Assembly: GCA_010093745.1 (NCBI GenBank)
Contig: MU005962.1
Location: 124,001 to 188,000 of the forward strand
Source of the DNA: Piedraia hortae CBS 480.64
Lineage: Eukaryota
Direction: 5' to 3'
Length of the DNA: 64,000 nt
Shown here piece after piece: positions 63,745 to 64,000 of the stretch. The notes under the pieces are model-generated. The model did not search any database. It had not been told where the DNA came from and saw only the letters and a list, made by a program, of their open reading frames with translations. Position 1 is the stretch's first letter; every line of letters starts with the position of its first letter. Both the position numbers and the translations under genes were made by a program.

Positions 63745-64000
63745 GGATAACCAAGGGGAGGGGGGTGTATAACGATGTTATAATGCGTGATTTTTGCTGT
63801 GCGGGAGTTGGGGGATGGGTTTTATGTACCTATAATGATGGAGGACGCTGTGAATAATGTTATATATTGCCCAGCCCGTTCGTGGTTGAAAATCCTTTCT
63901 GTGAGAGCTGAATGAGACGAGACCACGCATCTGATGTGTGCTTTGACACTCTAATGTGTTTACGGGATCATAAATCGTAGGGAGCTTGGAATGCACCGTG

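Overview
This is eukaryotic DNA from a gene-dense filamentous ascomycete. The evidence is GT-AG introns of only 40-54 nt with CTAAC/CTGAC branch sites, an intron-containing tRNA and a DHN-melanin reductase; a melanised Dothideomycete-like fungus with a compact genome is my inference. About 22 conserved genes flank an accessory block at ~13.5-29 kb: a P4-ATPase tail, samB/MUB1, 4HNR, PIF1, SAF1, tRNA-Lys(CTT), a RluA-type pseudouridine synthase, UPF0052, a complex I subunit, SHG1-like, LDB19, LIG4, IRS4, PMP22/Mpv17, NDUFAF6, HEM3, a class II eIF4E, a rhomboid, ASE1, NUP192 and TEL1. The accessory block holds three paralogous low-complexity + glycine-zipper genes, a decayed TPR (NLR-like) gene and two probable solo LTRs. 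It also holds a nested patchwork of coding fragments from several transposon classes (Tc1, copia, Helitron, MULE, gypsy-type gag) plus a DUF3505/telomere-linked-helicase-like fragment, all on the + strand. The strongest leads are: (1) this unistrand TE-fragment mosaic, where LTR-less internal pieces are inserted between short direct repeats; (2) the prion-like/glycine-zipper family next to an NLR-like relic; (3) repeated abrupt C/A-rich to G/T-rich skew switches inside genes, independent of gene orientation. All family assignments come from motif recognition by eye, not database searches.
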